From an uncultured Clostridia bacterium (GTDB lineage Bacteria > Bacillota > Clostridia > Christensenellales > CAG-917), in the NCBI GenBank assembly GCA_944358385.1, contig CALVQW010000005.1, positions 486 through 64,485 on the forward strand: DNA of 64,000 bases, given 5' to 3'. Positions 38,365 through 49,161 of the stretch are shown piece by piece (positions within the stretch are counted from its first letter, which is position 1; each line of letters opens with the position of its first letter). A program made the position numbers and the translations under genes. The notes beneath the pieces are model-generated. The model saw only the letters and a program-made list of their open reading frames with translations, had not been told where the DNA came from and ran no database searches.

Positions 38365-39495
38365 TCAGACGCGCATCACGGTTTGGATCGGGAGGAGGGT
38401 AGTCTCGCCGCTTTGAGGCACGGTGCAGGGGAGAAAGAGAGTTTTTTCGTAAAAAGAAAAGCCCCGATCGTCGTCGGAGCCTTCGTGGAGCGGTGTGTTG
38501 TAGGTGATCACCATTTTGTCATCGTAGAGGAGGATCTCCTTCACGAGGGTGCTTATAAGTAGCTGCGGTTCCTGCCGCAGGGCAGTCAGGTAATATCGCC
38601 GCATATCGTCCTCCGTGAGCAGGAACGCGACTTTGTTCCGTTCCACAGCTATCTTTTCGTCAAGCTATCTTGCTTGTTGTTCAAGTTCGTTGAGACGTCT
38701 GTTAGTCGAGTCGGACATGATGCCTCTCTCTATCGCCTTCACGATGTTGTCCAAAGCCGTCTGCGTCTGTTTTCTTTCCTTCAACAACAATTTCAGCGTC
38801 GTCTTTTCCTTGTTGTTTGCGTCCTGCATCTGCATTAGACCTTTGATCAGCGCATTCATCGTCTTTTCGTCTTGCATCGCCTCAATGACGCTGTCAAGGA
38901 CGAGTTCTTCGAGAGCTTCTTTCCGCACGGGGTGTTTGTCGCATCCGTTGTGATGTTTCTTTCTTCCGAGGCATTTGTAGTATCTTATCGTTTCGCCGTT
39001 CCGTGCCGTACCGCACTCCGCGCTTATGATGTTGCCGCAATAGCCGCATTTTACCTTGTTGCGCAGCAGATACACTTCCTTTACGCTCCTCGAGCCTATC
39101 TTGTTTTTGATAAGTTTCCGTTTTACCTTTTCATAAAGATCCGCATCAACGATCTGAGGATAGATGTTGTCATAGACTTCGTCCCTTATTCTCATTATCC
39201 CCAAATATCGCTCGTTGCGCAATATCCCGTATATCGCGTTGGGCAGGAATGGCTTCCCGTTGTGGAGCAGCCCCTTTTCGTTGAGTTTGCAGATGATCTT
39301 CGGCACATAGACGCCTGCGGCATATTGCCGGAAGATGAACCGCACAACTTCCGCCTTTTCTTCGTCCACCTGCACTTTCTTGTCCGTGACATAGTACCCG
39401 TAAGGTATCTTGCCTCCGCAGAACTGTCCTTTTCTCCTGCTTTCTCTGAGTCCGCGGAGTATCTTTTGAGAAAGTTCCGCCGAATAGTATTCCGC
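38365..39495 (-). pseudogene. large serine recombinase remnant (recombinase, zinc-ribbon and coiled-coil regions; catalytic N-domain missing; internal TAG)
   Basis: AEYYSAELSQKILRG, GGKIPYGY, ILRNERYLG, CGYCG...YYKC...C; in-frame TAG at 38665-38667 with the frame continuing to 38365. Confidence 0.88.
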
Positions 39496-40086
39496 TATGG
39501 CAAGATATTTCGTCTGCGCGCTCTTTCTTCTGCGCCATATCGTGGACAGGTTCACGGACAGCAGCTTCGCTTGCTCCGTAAAACTTATCCCTGCCGCATA
39601 ACACTCGATGGTCTCTTTCTCGCATTTCGTAAGACGGAGTTTTGCCATAAGTTCGTCATGCTTGGAGTAATCGGCTTTCTCCCGTTCAAATTCCGTAAAC
39701 GGCTCTCTGTTTCTCGGCAGAGCGTCCATGCTCTCCGTGTACCGTTTCATCTTCCACAGCTCGTATATCTTGTGGCAAAGCGTTTTATTGCACAGCCGCC
39801 GTACGGTGCATTGCTCGCCGTCTTTGACGTCATTCACGGTCATGCCCATATAGCCGCATAAAAACATCGCCGCCTCTTGCACGAGGTCATAGCTTTCGGT
39901 GAGGACATATCCTTCCATATCTTTGTTGGCTATGTCACGGGCGAGATCCGCGTACATCCCGTGCAGCATCTTGTGTCCGCACATATACTTCAACGCGCCA
40001 AGCGCTAGCAATTCGCCTATGCGCACGATGTTGTCCGGCGAGATCTTTTCTTCCAAAACTTCGTAAACTTTTCTTTTGTTCTCCAT
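39496..40086 (-). CDS. sigma-70 region-4/LuxR-like HTH protein, now fused in frame to the recombinase remnant (fusion ORF 40086 to 38665)
   Basis: GGAGG RBS, YDLVQEAA, LTKCEKETIECYAAGISFTEQAKLLSVNLSTIWRRR. Confidence 0.6.
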
Positions 40087-40687
40087 TGTCCGTACCTCCG
40101 AAATATGTTGCCTTTCGGCAGGCGGACGGGAGCATAGGACGGTGGGAGAAGTAGGCGTAGAAGGAGAGCCGTCAAAAGTCAACGGGAAAAGAAAATCCTT
40201 GCATTACCGTCCAGAGGTTAGAACATTTCGGCAAGGATTTCCGTCCGTTTACTTTTGAGAGGACTATGCGACAATGCGCCCACGAAAGGCACATTGCGGA
40301 GGCGTTATGTCAGGAACAACCAAAATTTCTTGGAACAAGTCTGCACGGCAGAACGCGGCTCGTATCACCTTTTTGTGGCATGAGCAAAAAAGAGCCTAAA
40401 GTGAGCCGACGCCACGCACGATAAACACGATCACCTGAATGAAAACGCAAAAGGAGGCTTGAAGGAAAATCACGAGAGAGCGAAAAAGCGGACGGTCGCC
40501 CGAGCGGTTCAGCGGGCGACTCCGCTTCGCTCTCGTTTTCCGCCCGCCTTGCCCGTTTAACGGCGTGTGCTTGTTTGCGGCGCGGCGCAGCCGAGCCGCA
40601 CTTGTCTATGACAAGCACACGCCGTGGTGCCAAATTGATTTTTTGAGTCCACCACCAAACGCGATGAGGGGCGCACCTTGCGCCCTT

Positions 40688-41013
40688 TTTGCGTGTCTCG
40701 GGTCTCGGTCACGTACGCATAGTACGCTCCCTCATCCTCGCACTTAAAAGAACGCAACACGGGGTCCCCGTAAAGTACCGGAGCAAGCTTTGCGCGCGAG
40801 GACACTTTATGGGGTGTTAGCGCATCCCCTCATTGTGTTTGGGTAATTAGATGGGTTCGATTTTCTATCGTTTTACTCCACCAGAAAACCCACTGTTTAG
40901 TGGGTTTTTTCATATCCCCGAAATCGTTCACTTTGTAAACTTGACATCAAAATTGCACCGAAATGATGTCAAAAATGATGTCAAATTTGATGTCAGAATT
41001 CCGGGAGCAAATC
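40688..41013 (+). repeat. about 330-bp direct repeat, copy 1 (att-like; three TGATGTCA direct copies plus one inverted)
   Basis: Aligns nearly end to end with 51382-51718, roughly 90% identical by eye. Confidence 0.95.
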
Positions 41014-41547
41014 GCCGTAAACAGAGGCGATTTCCGCGGCGTCTACATCGGGCGAATATGTCGTATAAACGTCGTTTGTTATACGGCTCCCGCCAGTGTG
41101 TATCATATCAATGAGTCGGTTTTATGCTTTTGGAATATGCCATTTTTGTATTAGAGAAGTTTTAGCTTCATTTTTTTATTGATACTAATAGAAGAAATAC
41201 AAACGACATAACCTTGCAGCGGTGTATTACAGTCGAATATTCCGTCGGCGGGACATTTCAGATGCAGTGTGAGCGCGGGAGGACTGTTGGCGCTTGACGT
41301 TAGGGTCGGCATCAGGGGAAAAGAGTGCGCTATGATATGCTGCAGGTTGCACGGTATAGGTGGGGAGGAGGGACGCGCAAGGAGAGGACTTTTTAAGGTT
41401 TTTTGATGGGAAGGGAAGAATTTTAAGGTTTCGGTGAAAAATTTTCGGACTTAATTTGAGGGGAAGTTACTATGAAGCGGGCGCAAGATAAGAGAAAACG
41501 GGCACTTAACAAACGACAGGTGTCGTTAAGCGCGGGGAATTGGGGTA

Positions 41548-41577
41548 TTGACACGCGGTTTTTTAAGCCGATATAAT
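41548..41577 (+). promoter_or_regulatory. sigma70 promoter
   Basis: TTGACA-18 bp-TATAAT. Confidence 0.75.
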
Positions 41578-41581
41578 TGAA

Positions 41582-41603
41582 GTAACTTAATCGGTTAAGT
41601 GAC
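41582..41603. promoter_or_regulatory. LacI-type operator at the transcription start
   Basis: Near-perfect palindrome GTAACTTAATCGGTTAAGTGAC with central CG; LacI gene nearby. Confidence 0.7.
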
Positions 41604-41631
41604 GCCGATTGTATGATAATGGAGGTGAGTT

Positions 41632-42810
41632 ATGAAAAAGAAATGGTTTGTCCTGCTGATCGTTCTTGCGCTTGTGGGCATACTTGCGTTTACCCTCGTG
41701 GCGTGCAACGATGACGAAGAAGGTCCTCCCGCGGACGATGGCAAGGTCACCGTCACTTTCGTGCAGGGTGACAAGACTCTCAGGACGGAGCGAGTGGAGA
41801 AGGGCAGCGCGGCAACGGCATTCAAGGACTATGTCCCCGCGATCGAGGGCTACGATTTCCTCGGCTGGTATGCGGCACCCTCGCTGATGATCCCCTTCGA
41901 TTTCGACACGGTGGTGTTCAACGAGAACACGACCATTTTCGCCAAGGCGGCGAGCACCGACCAGCCCGTTGACGACAGGACTTGGTATATCGCCGGTTCC
42001 GGCAAAGGCGAAGTGCTCATTGCGAGCAACTGGGGCGCGGACCTCAAGGGCGATGATGCGGAAGCGAAGGCTCTCTTCGAGCTGGAAAAGGTGGAGGGCA
42101 AGGTCAACGAGTTCAGCATCACGCTGGATCTCTTTGAAGGCGACCAGTTCCAGTTCCTGACCGGTTTCGGCGGCTCGACGGGCAGCTATTGGCTAAACCA
42201 GCACGGCGCGGGTTATCTGACCACTCGCACCGGTGCCGACGGCGAGGAATATTTCTCCGCGCAGGGCGGTCTCGGAGACACCAGCACCAAGATCCAGAAC
42301 ATCAATGTGCTTGTGGACGGCAACTACACTCTGACGCTCAAGACCTATCCCGCGGATGACTACGAGAACGTGGATAAGAGCGACTATGACGCCGAATATC
42401 CCGATGCGTTCTTCCTGAGCGATGTCGACTACATCAGCTGGGTGCGCAACGGTGATCCCGTGAGCGGTCCCGCCGTGGACGACACCCCTTATGATTTCTA
42501 CATCAAGGGCGAGTTAATCACAGAGTGGGGTTCTCCCAAAGACGCACAATACAAGATGACGGAGACCGATGGCGTCTACACCCTGACCATTGAACTTCAG
42601 GCGAACGACAACTTCATGTTCTACAGCTACGATCCTGTCGAAGAGGCGGATGGTGCGCTCTTTATCAAGGCGGAGAACCTTGACAGGGAGAACAGCGCGG
42701 AAGAGATCCTCGACTCGCCCGAAAGCGGCAACCTCACGGTGAGTGCCGCGGGAACTTACACTTTCACCTGGACGAGAAGCACCGGGGTGCTGGTGGTGAC
42801 AAAAGCATGA
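41632..42810 (+). CDS. lipoprotein with an InlB B-repeat-like domain and two SusE/SusF-like starch-binding modules
   Basis: Lipobox LVAC; EGYDFLGWY..FDFDT..ENTTIFAK; WYIAGS..NW..FSITLDL..GDQF and YIKG..W..GVYTLTIEL..F; maltodextrin context. Confidence 0.7.
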   Translation: MKKKWFVLLIVLALVGILAFTLVACNDDEEGPPADDGKVTVTFVQGDKTLRTERVEKGSAATAFKDYVPAIEGYDFLGWYAAPSLMIPFDFDTVVFNENTTIFAKAASTDQPVDDRTWYIAGSGKGEVLIASNWGADLKGDDAEAKALFELEKVEGKVNEFSITLDLFEGDQFQFLTGFGGSTGSYWLNQHGAGYLTTRTGADGEEYFSAQGGLGDTSTKIQNINVLVDGNYTLTLKTYPADDYENVDKSDYDAEYPDAFFLSDVDYISWVRNGDPVSGPAVDDTPYDFYIKGELITEWGSPKDAQYKMTETDGVYTLTIELQANDNFMFYSYDPVEEADGALFIKAENLDRENSAEEILDSPESGNLTVSAAGTYTFTWTRSTGVLVVTKA

Positions 42811-42819
42811 CAAACAAAT

Positions 42820-42845
42820 GCGCGCCGAGGCTGACCTCGGCGCGC
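42820..42845. terminator. GC-rich hairpin between convergent genes
   Basis: GCGCGCCGAGG / CCTCGGCGCGC. Confidence 0.55.
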
Positions 42846-42864
42846 GCCTTATCCGCGTGAGATG

Positions 42865-43677
42865 TCAGACGAAGATGTCGTGGGTGAGGGCGGGAGTGCG
42901 GTCTATGGCATGATGTATGCAACTGCCGACGGCATCCACCTTCTCATCGGAAAAGCGCGGGAAGAGCGTGTACTCCCGTCCCTGCGCCAGCAGGGGAAAC
43001 AGTGAGGCGATCTCCTCACCGAAGATGACGGTGGGGAGGTCGCCCGAAGACAGGGCGGCATCGCGTATGTCCGCAAACGAAGACAGGAATACGGCGCGGG
43101 GGAAGCTCCTCGTTATCAGCTCTTTGAGTTCGGCATTGCGAGTGTCGGCGCACAGAAAGACGTAACGCCCTTCGCCGTACTTCCCGTCGGCGGCGGCGCG
43201 CATGGCGGGGAAGTCGGAATTGACCTTGAAAAAGAGGGGATTGTCCAGCAGACAGTCCACCGCGACGACGGGGATCATGTTCGCGTCCGCGATGTGCTTG
43301 AATCGCTCCGAGGAGACTCCGAAGAGGACGAGGGCACAGGCATCCGAAAGGTTTTCGGCGGCGTCCGTCGTCACATAGGAGAGCTTTTTGCCGAAGGCGG
43401 AGAGCTTTTCGGAAAAGGCTTTCATGAAGCAAAACACCGCCGCGTCACCGAGTTCGCCTACGGTGTCCGCGGCAACGGCGACATAGTCGTCACCGCCCTT
43501 TGCGAGGGTGTAAGCGGAACGGTTGCGGGAGTAGCCGAGCAGGTTGACGATCTGCATGATCTTCTTCCTGGTCGCGTCGCTGATCTTTTGGTCGTCGCGT
43601 CCGTTTATCACATAGGAAACAGTCGCAGCCGACACGCCCGCTTCGCGGGCAACATCGTAAATGGTCGGGCGTTTCAT
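42865..43677 (-). CDS. LacI-family transcriptional regulator
   Basis: TIYDVAREAGVSAATVSYVIN...T..KI......LGY.RN..A..L. Confidence 0.92.
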   Translation of the reverse strand: MKRPTIYDVAREAGVSAATVSYVINGRDDQKISDATRKKIMQIVNLLGYSRNRSAYTLAKGGDDYVAVAADTVGELGDAAVFCFMKAFSEKLSAFGKKLSYVTTDAAENLSDACALVLFGVSSERFKHIADANMIPVVAVDCLLDNPLFFKVNSDFPAMRAAADGKYGEGRYVFLCADTRNAELKELITRSFPRAVFLSSFADIRDAALSSGDLPTVIFGEEIASLFPLLAQGREYTLFPRFSDEKVDAVGSCIHHAIDRTPALTHDIFV

Positions 43678-43736
43678 AGAAAAAGTTTATACAATATTCC
43701 CTCTCTCGTCAAGAGGGAGGGAAGGAAAGGAGAGAT

Positions 43737-45413
43737 ATGCTGCCGCACGAAGACGCCATCCTGCACGCATCGGATTCCAAGTTCTGTTTCGCCGTTTCCG
43801 ACGACGAAGTGGTGCTGCGCCTTCGTCTTGCGCGCGAGTGCGTCCCCGACAGAGTGGAAGCGGTGTACGGCGGCAAATACGAGTACGCCGAAAGACGGGA
43901 GAGCGCGGAGATGAAACGTGCTTTCGAGGACGGGCTTTTTGCCTGGTACACGGTGCGCCTCAAGCTCTCGGACGTCCGCCTCGTCTATGTTTTCAGGCTC
44001 ACGTACGAGGGCAGGATCTACTACTTTTCCGAGGACGGGCTGACGGAAGATTATGACTTTTTGTTGAGCTATTACAACTCCTTCCAACTGCCGTATATCA
44101 ACCCGATCGATGTTTTACACCGCGTAAAGTGGATGAAAAACGCCGTTTTTTATCAAATCTTTGTCGATCGCTTCAACATCGGACGGCGGGACAAGGACAT
44201 GAGTTATGTCACCGTAAAGTGGGGGGATCCGGTCAACGCGCACTCATTCGCCGGAGGGGACATCAAAGGAATCACCGAAAAACTGGACTACATAAAGAGC
44301 GTGGGTGCGAACGCAGTTTATCTCACTCCCGTGTTCAAGGCACCGTCAAATCACAAGTATGATATCGAGGACTATAAGGCGATCGATCCTGCTTTCGGCA
44401 CGACCGATGACCTCAAAGAACTTGTAGCGCAGGCGCACGCCCGTGGGATGTATGTAGTGTTGGACGCGGTGTTCAATCATTGCAGCTCGCGCATAATGCA
44501 GTTCCGCGATGTGTTGGAGAAAGGGAAAAGATCCCGCTATTTCGATTGGTTCGTCATCCACGGCGACAGGGCGGACATGCAGTCTCTCAATTATGAGTGC
44601 TTCGCATCCTGTCCGTATATGCCGAAGTGGAACACCTCAAACCCCGAGGTGGCGGACTTTCTCACCGACATTGCGCTCTATTGGATCAGAGAGGCGGACA
44701 TCGACGGCTGGCGGCTGGATGTCTCGGACGAGGTCAGCCACGCTTTTTGGAGAAAAATGCGCCTGAGCGTCAAAGCGTTGAAGCCGGAGTGCGTGCTCAT
44801 AGGCGAAAATTGGCATGACGCGGGCAGTTATCTTGCAGGGGATCAGTTTGACAGCATAATGAACTATGCCTTCACCAAAGCCGCCATGGACTTTTTCGCA
44901 TTCGGAAAGTTCGGCGCAAAGGGAATGGCGGACAAGCTCTCCTCGCTTCTTATGCGCAACGGCGACAACGTCAACTTCATGATGCTGAACCTGCTCGACT
45001 CCCACGATACGCATCGCTTCCTCACGCGGGTGGGGGGAGACAGGCGCAAACTGCTCTCGGCATTCGCGCTGTCCGTGTTTTTCACGGGAGTGCCTTTCAT
45101 CTATTACGGCACGGAGATCGCCATGGAAGGCGGTTACGATCCCGACTGCCGCCGCACCATGGATTGGGAACGGGCGGCAAAAAGAGGAGAGGTCTTTGAC
45201 ACCGTAAGGGAGCTTGCGGAGCTTCGCCGCAACAGCGATGCGCTTCGTGACGGAGACATCACCGTCCGCGCGGAAGGTGAACTGCTCATCGTGACGCGCA
45301 GGACGGAAAGAGAGATGGCGACGCTTGCCGTCAACAATACGCCGAATGCGGCGGTCTTTGAAGGGGAGAGCATCCCGCCATTCGGATACCGCATTCAGAG
45401 GAGGTGGCTGTGA
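43737..45413 (+). CDS. GH13 neopullulanase/cyclomaltodextrinase-type glycosidase
   Basis: FYQIFVDRF, NHKYD, LDAVFNH, DGWRLDV, GENW, LLDSHD; N-terminal CBM34-like domain. Confidence 0.93.
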   Translation: MLPHEDAILHASDSKFCFAVSDDEVVLRLRLARECVPDRVEAVYGGKYEYAERRESAEMKRAFEDGLFAWYTVRLKLSDVRLVYVFRLTYEGRIYYFSEDGLTEDYDFLLSYYNSFQLPYINPIDVLHRVKWMKNAVFYQIFVDRFNIGRRDKDMSYVTVKWGDPVNAHSFAGGDIKGITEKLDYIKSVGANAVYLTPVFKAPSNHKYDIEDYKAIDPAFGTTDDLKELVAQAHARGMYVVLDAVFNHCSSRIMQFRDVLEKGKRSRYFDWFVIHGDRADMQSLNYECFASCPYMPKWNTSNPEVADFLTDIALYWIREADIDGWRLDVSDEVSHAFWRKMRLSVKALKPECVLIGENWHDAGSYLAGDQFDSIMNYAFTKAAMDFFAFGKFGAKGMADKLSSLLMRNGDNVNFMMLNLLDSHDTHRFLTRVGGDRRKLLSAFALSVFFTGVPFIYYGTEIAMEGGYDPDCRRTMDWERAAKRGEVFDTVRELAELRRNSDALRDGDITVRAEGELLIVTRRTEREMATLAVNNTPNAAVFEGESIPPFGYRIQRRWL

Positions 45414-46867
45414 AGATCAAAACCATCGCGCTTGCGACATGTCTCGTGATGCTGTTCTGCCTCGCCGCGCTCGCGGTCACGGCGTGCGACTTTTCCGACC
45501 TCAGGCAGTATTACAGCACGGAGACTTTCACCAAATTCGACGGAGAGATCGAACGCAATGTCACGATAAGGGTGTTGGAGAATGACACCGCGATCTCCGT
45601 CGGCTATTTTGACGAGCTGCTCGACGCATTCAACGAGGCGTATGCCGAGTACGGCATCACGGCGGTGGACGCCAATATGGACTCTTACACCGACCTCGCG
45701 TTGGACGGACCTTTCGGCTATGGTCCCGACGTCCTTTATCAGGCGAACGACGTTTTGATGGAATTCGCCGCAGACAAGCATGTTCTGCCTCTCCCCGTGG
45801 AAGAAATGGAGTGCTATCAGTACATTCCGGAAGCCGCTTGGGATGCGTATGAGGCGAATATCGAGGGAGGCATCTACACCTGCGGCGTCCCCGTCAACAT
45901 CCAGGCACCGATGCTCTACTACCGCAAGGACCTGCTCCCCGAGGATTGGGAGACCACCTATGACGACAATGCGAACGGGATCCCGGATATGGTGGAGAGC
46001 TGGAACGCGCTTTATCGTTACAGTCAGAAGATCCGCAGCGAGACGCCCGACAAGTACGGTTATATGAAGTCTCTCAGCGACTCCTATTTCGCACTCGGCT
46101 ATCTGTTCTCCTACGGCGGTTATGTCTTCGGCGACAACAATACCAATGCCCGCGATATAGGCATTGCGGCGGGACAGGCGGAAATCGGCGCGCGCATCAT
46201 ACAGCAGCTTGCCTCTGTCATGAATATGGAGACGGTGGACGATTCCATCACCCTCAACTCTTATTCACGCCTCGGAGACGGCACCTATTTTGCCACCATG
46301 ACCACGCCGGACGTCTATACGATGTTCATCAGAGAGATGGAGGCAGATTACACCCGCAGAGGTTACAGCGCGAGCGAAGCCGCCGCGATGGCGGAGGAGA
46401 ACCTCGTCATGACCGACGTCCCCACATTGCCCGTGAACGGCGACCTCGAGGATGACGATGCGGAACAGATGGGCATGACGGTCATGGGCGGCGTCAACGG
46501 CTATGCCATTTCCTCGTACACCAAGGCACCAAAGGCGTGTCTCGCGTTCGTAGAGTTTGCGACGAGTTATGAGATGGTCATGTTGCGCAACGAGTATCTC
46601 GGCATCGCGCCAGCACGCAGTGATGTGGCGGCGGAGCTGGGCGGTCTGAGCGAGCGTCTCTTCGAAAAGCTGGACGCGGGCGAGATCGTCGTTATGCCGT
46701 CTATCAGCGCGGTGGGACAGCTTTGGGATCCGCTTGCGACAATGTTCGGCGATATAGCCGAGGACGCTTTCAGGGACGAGCCTAAATATCCCACTCTCGA
46801 AGCGTTGAAGAGGGAGTTGCAAGACACCGCGGACGGCATTTATTCCGCGATATTCACTTTGCAATGA
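45410..46867 (+). CDS. maltodextrin ABC transporter solute-binding lipoprotein
   Basis: Lipobox VTAC, LDGPFGYGPDV, LYYRKDL, GGVNGYAISSY, MPSI....W; GTG start overlapping the upstream stop. Confidence 0.9.
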   Translation: MKIKTIALATCLVMLFCLAALAVTACDFSDLRQYYSTETFTKFDGEIERNVTIRVLENDTAISVGYFDELLDAFNEAYAEYGITAVDANMDSYTDLALDGPFGYGPDVLYQANDVLMEFAADKHVLPLPVEEMECYQYIPEAAWDAYEANIEGGIYTCGVPVNIQAPMLYYRKDLLPEDWETTYDDNANGIPDMVESWNALYRYSQKIRSETPDKYGYMKSLSDSYFALGYLFSYGGYVFGDNNTNARDIGIAAGQAEIGARIIQQLASVMNMETVDDSITLNSYSRLGDGTYFATMTTPDVYTMFIREMEADYTRRGYSASEAAAMAEENLVMTDVPTLPVNGDLEDDDAEQMGMTVMGGVNGYAISSYTKAPKACLAFVEFATSYEMVMLRNEYLGIAPARSDVAAELGGLSERLFEKLDAGEIVVMPSISAVGQLWDPLATMFGDIAEDAFRDEPKYPTLEALKRELQDTADGIYSAIFTLQ

Positions 46868-46887
46868 CGGAATAAGGGGGAAAGACA

Positions 46888-48294
46888 ATGGAAAATAAAG
46901 CCGTTGACACCGGAAGCGCAGGCAAAAGCCCCGCCGTCTTCTTCGGGAAGGTGAGGGATAAGTTGCGCGCAAAGATCCGCGGCGCGGCGGAGAGCGTCCG
47001 TACTTTCTTCCGCACCGCTAACTCCAACACTTTCGCGTCCATGTGCTTCATGGGGGCGGGACAGCTCATGTACAAACAATGGGCGAAAGGGCTGATCTAT
47101 CTCGGCATCGAAGTGCTGTTCATAGTGCTCATGGCACTTTGGGGAGGGGAGGCGATCTACGGCTTCTTCACACTCGGTCTCGTGCGCGGTGATCCGTGGA
47201 CGGGTGTGGAAGGGGACAACTCCGTTGTTATGCTCCTCATGGGCATCCTCGCGTGGTTCGTGCTGATCGCTTTCGTCTGCACCTATTTTGCGAACATCAA
47301 GGATTGCTACCGCACTCAACAGGACGTCGCGGCAGGCAAGTGTCCCGCAAAGTTCCTCGACGAAGCGAAGGGGCTGTTGGACAAGAAGTTTTACAAGACC
47401 GTGCTCTTCCTGCCCGTGGTCGGAGTGCTTGTGTTCAATGTCTTGCCGATAGTGTTCATGATCTTTGTCGCCTTCACGGATTACGGCGGCGAGACCGTGC
47501 CGCCCGAACTCGTGAGCTGGGTGGGGCTGGACAATTTCGAGAAATTGGTCGCTCTTGCCGACATCGCGGACAGCTTCTTTAAGATCCTCGGCTGGAACAT
47601 CCTTTGGGCTGTGCTTTCCACTTTCATCAATTACTTCCTCGGGCTGGGGCTTGCGTTGCTCCTCAACAAGAAGTGTGTGAAAGGCAAGGCGTTCTGGCGC
47701 GCGTTTCCCGTACTTGCTTATGCCGTGCCGGGGTTCATCACGCTGCTCGGGTTCAAATTTATGCTTTCGTACGGAGGACCGATCAACCAGCTCATCATAG
47801 AGCACGGCGGAGAGGCGATAGGCTTCCTCGGCAGAGATGCGAAGTGGATGGCGAGGTTCATCGGCATAGCTGTCAATGCGTGGATGAGCGTGCCCACCAC
47901 CATGCTGCTCGCAACGGGCATCCTCTCCAACATGAACACCGATCTTTACGAGGCGGCAAAGATAGACGGTGCGGGAGCTTGGAAACAGTTTACCCGCATC
48001 ACGCTGCCTTTCGTGGTGTTCTCAACGACGCCCGTTCTTATCAGTCAATTCATCTCCAACTTCAACAACTTCGGAATCTTCTACTTCCTAAGGGGAGGAC
48101 TGACGCTGGACGGCTACTTCGAGGCGAGCGATACGGACTTGCTCATCAACTGGCTATACAATCTTTCCATAGACAACAACTATTACAGCATAGGCGCGGC
48201 GATAAGCCTCGTGATCTTCGTCATCACGTCCGTCATCTCGCTTGCGGTCTATGTCAGGTCGTCGGCTTATAAGCGGGAGGATATGTTCAGATGA
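46888..48294 (+). CDS. sugar ABC permease (MalF-like)
   Basis: Multiple TM segments, WVGLDNF, EAA motif LYEAAKIDGA..W.QF.RITLP. Confidence 0.93.
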   Translation: MENKAVDTGSAGKSPAVFFGKVRDKLRAKIRGAAESVRTFFRTANSNTFASMCFMGAGQLMYKQWAKGLIYLGIEVLFIVLMALWGGEAIYGFFTLGLVRGDPWTGVEGDNSVVMLLMGILAWFVLIAFVCTYFANIKDCYRTQQDVAAGKCPAKFLDEAKGLLDKKFYKTVLFLPVVGVLVFNVLPIVFMIFVAFTDYGGETVPPELVSWVGLDNFEKLVALADIADSFFKILGWNILWAVLSTFINYFLGLGLALLLNKKCVKGKAFWRAFPVLAYAVPGFITLLGFKFMLSYGGPINQLIIEHGGEAIGFLGRDAKWMARFIGIAVNAWMSVPTTMLLATGILSNMNTDLYEAAKIDGAGAWKQFTRITLPFVVFSTTPVLISQFISNFNNFGIFYFLRGGLTLDGYFEASDTDLLINWLYNLSIDNNYYSIGAAISLVIFVITSVISLAVYVRSSAYKREDMFR

Positions 48295-49151
48295 GGTCGT
48301 ACATGAAAAAGCCTGTCGGCATGCTCAAATTCAAAAAGGCGGCGGATGTAGGACTGACCTACGCGCTGCTCATATTGGTCGGGATCATCTTTGTCTTCCC
48401 CTGCCTTTGGCTGGTGCTGGCGTCATTCAGCAAGACGGGCAGTCTCTATTCATTCGACGGATTCTTCCCGCCCGATTACAGCTTGGACAGCTTCAAGACG
48501 CTGTTTACGGATACGGCGATGTACAACTATCCGCAATGGTTTCTCAACACATTGCTCGTCGCGTCCATGAGCTGCATCATAGGGACGCTGCTCGTCATCC
48601 TCACCGCCTACACCATTTCGCGTTTTGAATTCAAGGCGAGGAAGCCGCTCATGAAGATAACGCTCGTGCTCGGGATGTTCCCGTCGTTCATGGGCATGAC
48701 CGCGGTTTACATCCTCATGACGCAGTTCAACATGATCAACAATCATTGGGGGCTTATCCTCATATACAGCGCGGGCGCGCCCATGGGATACCTGGTGCAG
48801 AAAGGCTTTTTCGACACTATCCCCAACTCTATCTACGAGGCGGCGAGGATAGACGGTGCGACCAATGCAAGAGTGTTCTGCAAGATCACATTGCCCCTTT
48901 CAAAACCCATCATAGTCTACACGGCACTCACATCCTTTGCTTGGCCGTGGAGCGACTTTATCCTGCCGAAACTGTTACTTAAAGAGCGTGATATGTACAC
49001 AACAGCCGTCGGACTCATGAGTCTGCCGGAGACGGAATTTGCACGGTTTGCCGCAGGTGCGATCTTTATCGCGGTGCCCATCGTCGTGCTGTATTTCTGC
49101 CTTATCAAATATATGATCAACGGTATGACCGCGGGTGCGGTGAAACAATGA
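48291..49151 (+). CDS. sugar ABC permease (MalG-like)
   Basis: KGFFDTIP.SIYEAARIDGA, ITLPLSKP, GMTAGAVK. Confidence 0.93.
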   Translation: MRSYMKKPVGMLKFKKAADVGLTYALLILVGIIFVFPCLWLVLASFSKTGSLYSFDGFFPPDYSLDSFKTLFTDTAMYNYPQWFLNTLLVASMSCIIGTLLVILTAYTISRFEFKARKPLMKITLVLGMFPSFMGMTAVYILMTQFNMINNHWGLILIYSAGAPMGYLVQKGFFDTIPNSIYEAARIDGATNARVFCKITLPLSKPIIVYTALTSFAWPWSDFILPKLLLKERDMYTTAVGLMSLPETEFARFAAGAIFIAVPIVVLYFCLIKYMINGMTAGAVKQ

Positions 49152-49161
49152 GAGGTGTCCT

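Noticed and set aside
38665-38667. TAG read-through (pyrrolysine or alternative code) in the recombinase
   Set aside because: TAG serves as a normal stop elsewhere (for example 24332 and 53332), no pyl genes are present, and the gene is already broken.
40851-41154. Short ORFs within the direct repeats (also 51502-51804, with NDVK repeats)
   Set aside because: Translations of the 12-bp DNA repeats; no RBS, and the two copies do not share start or stop positions.
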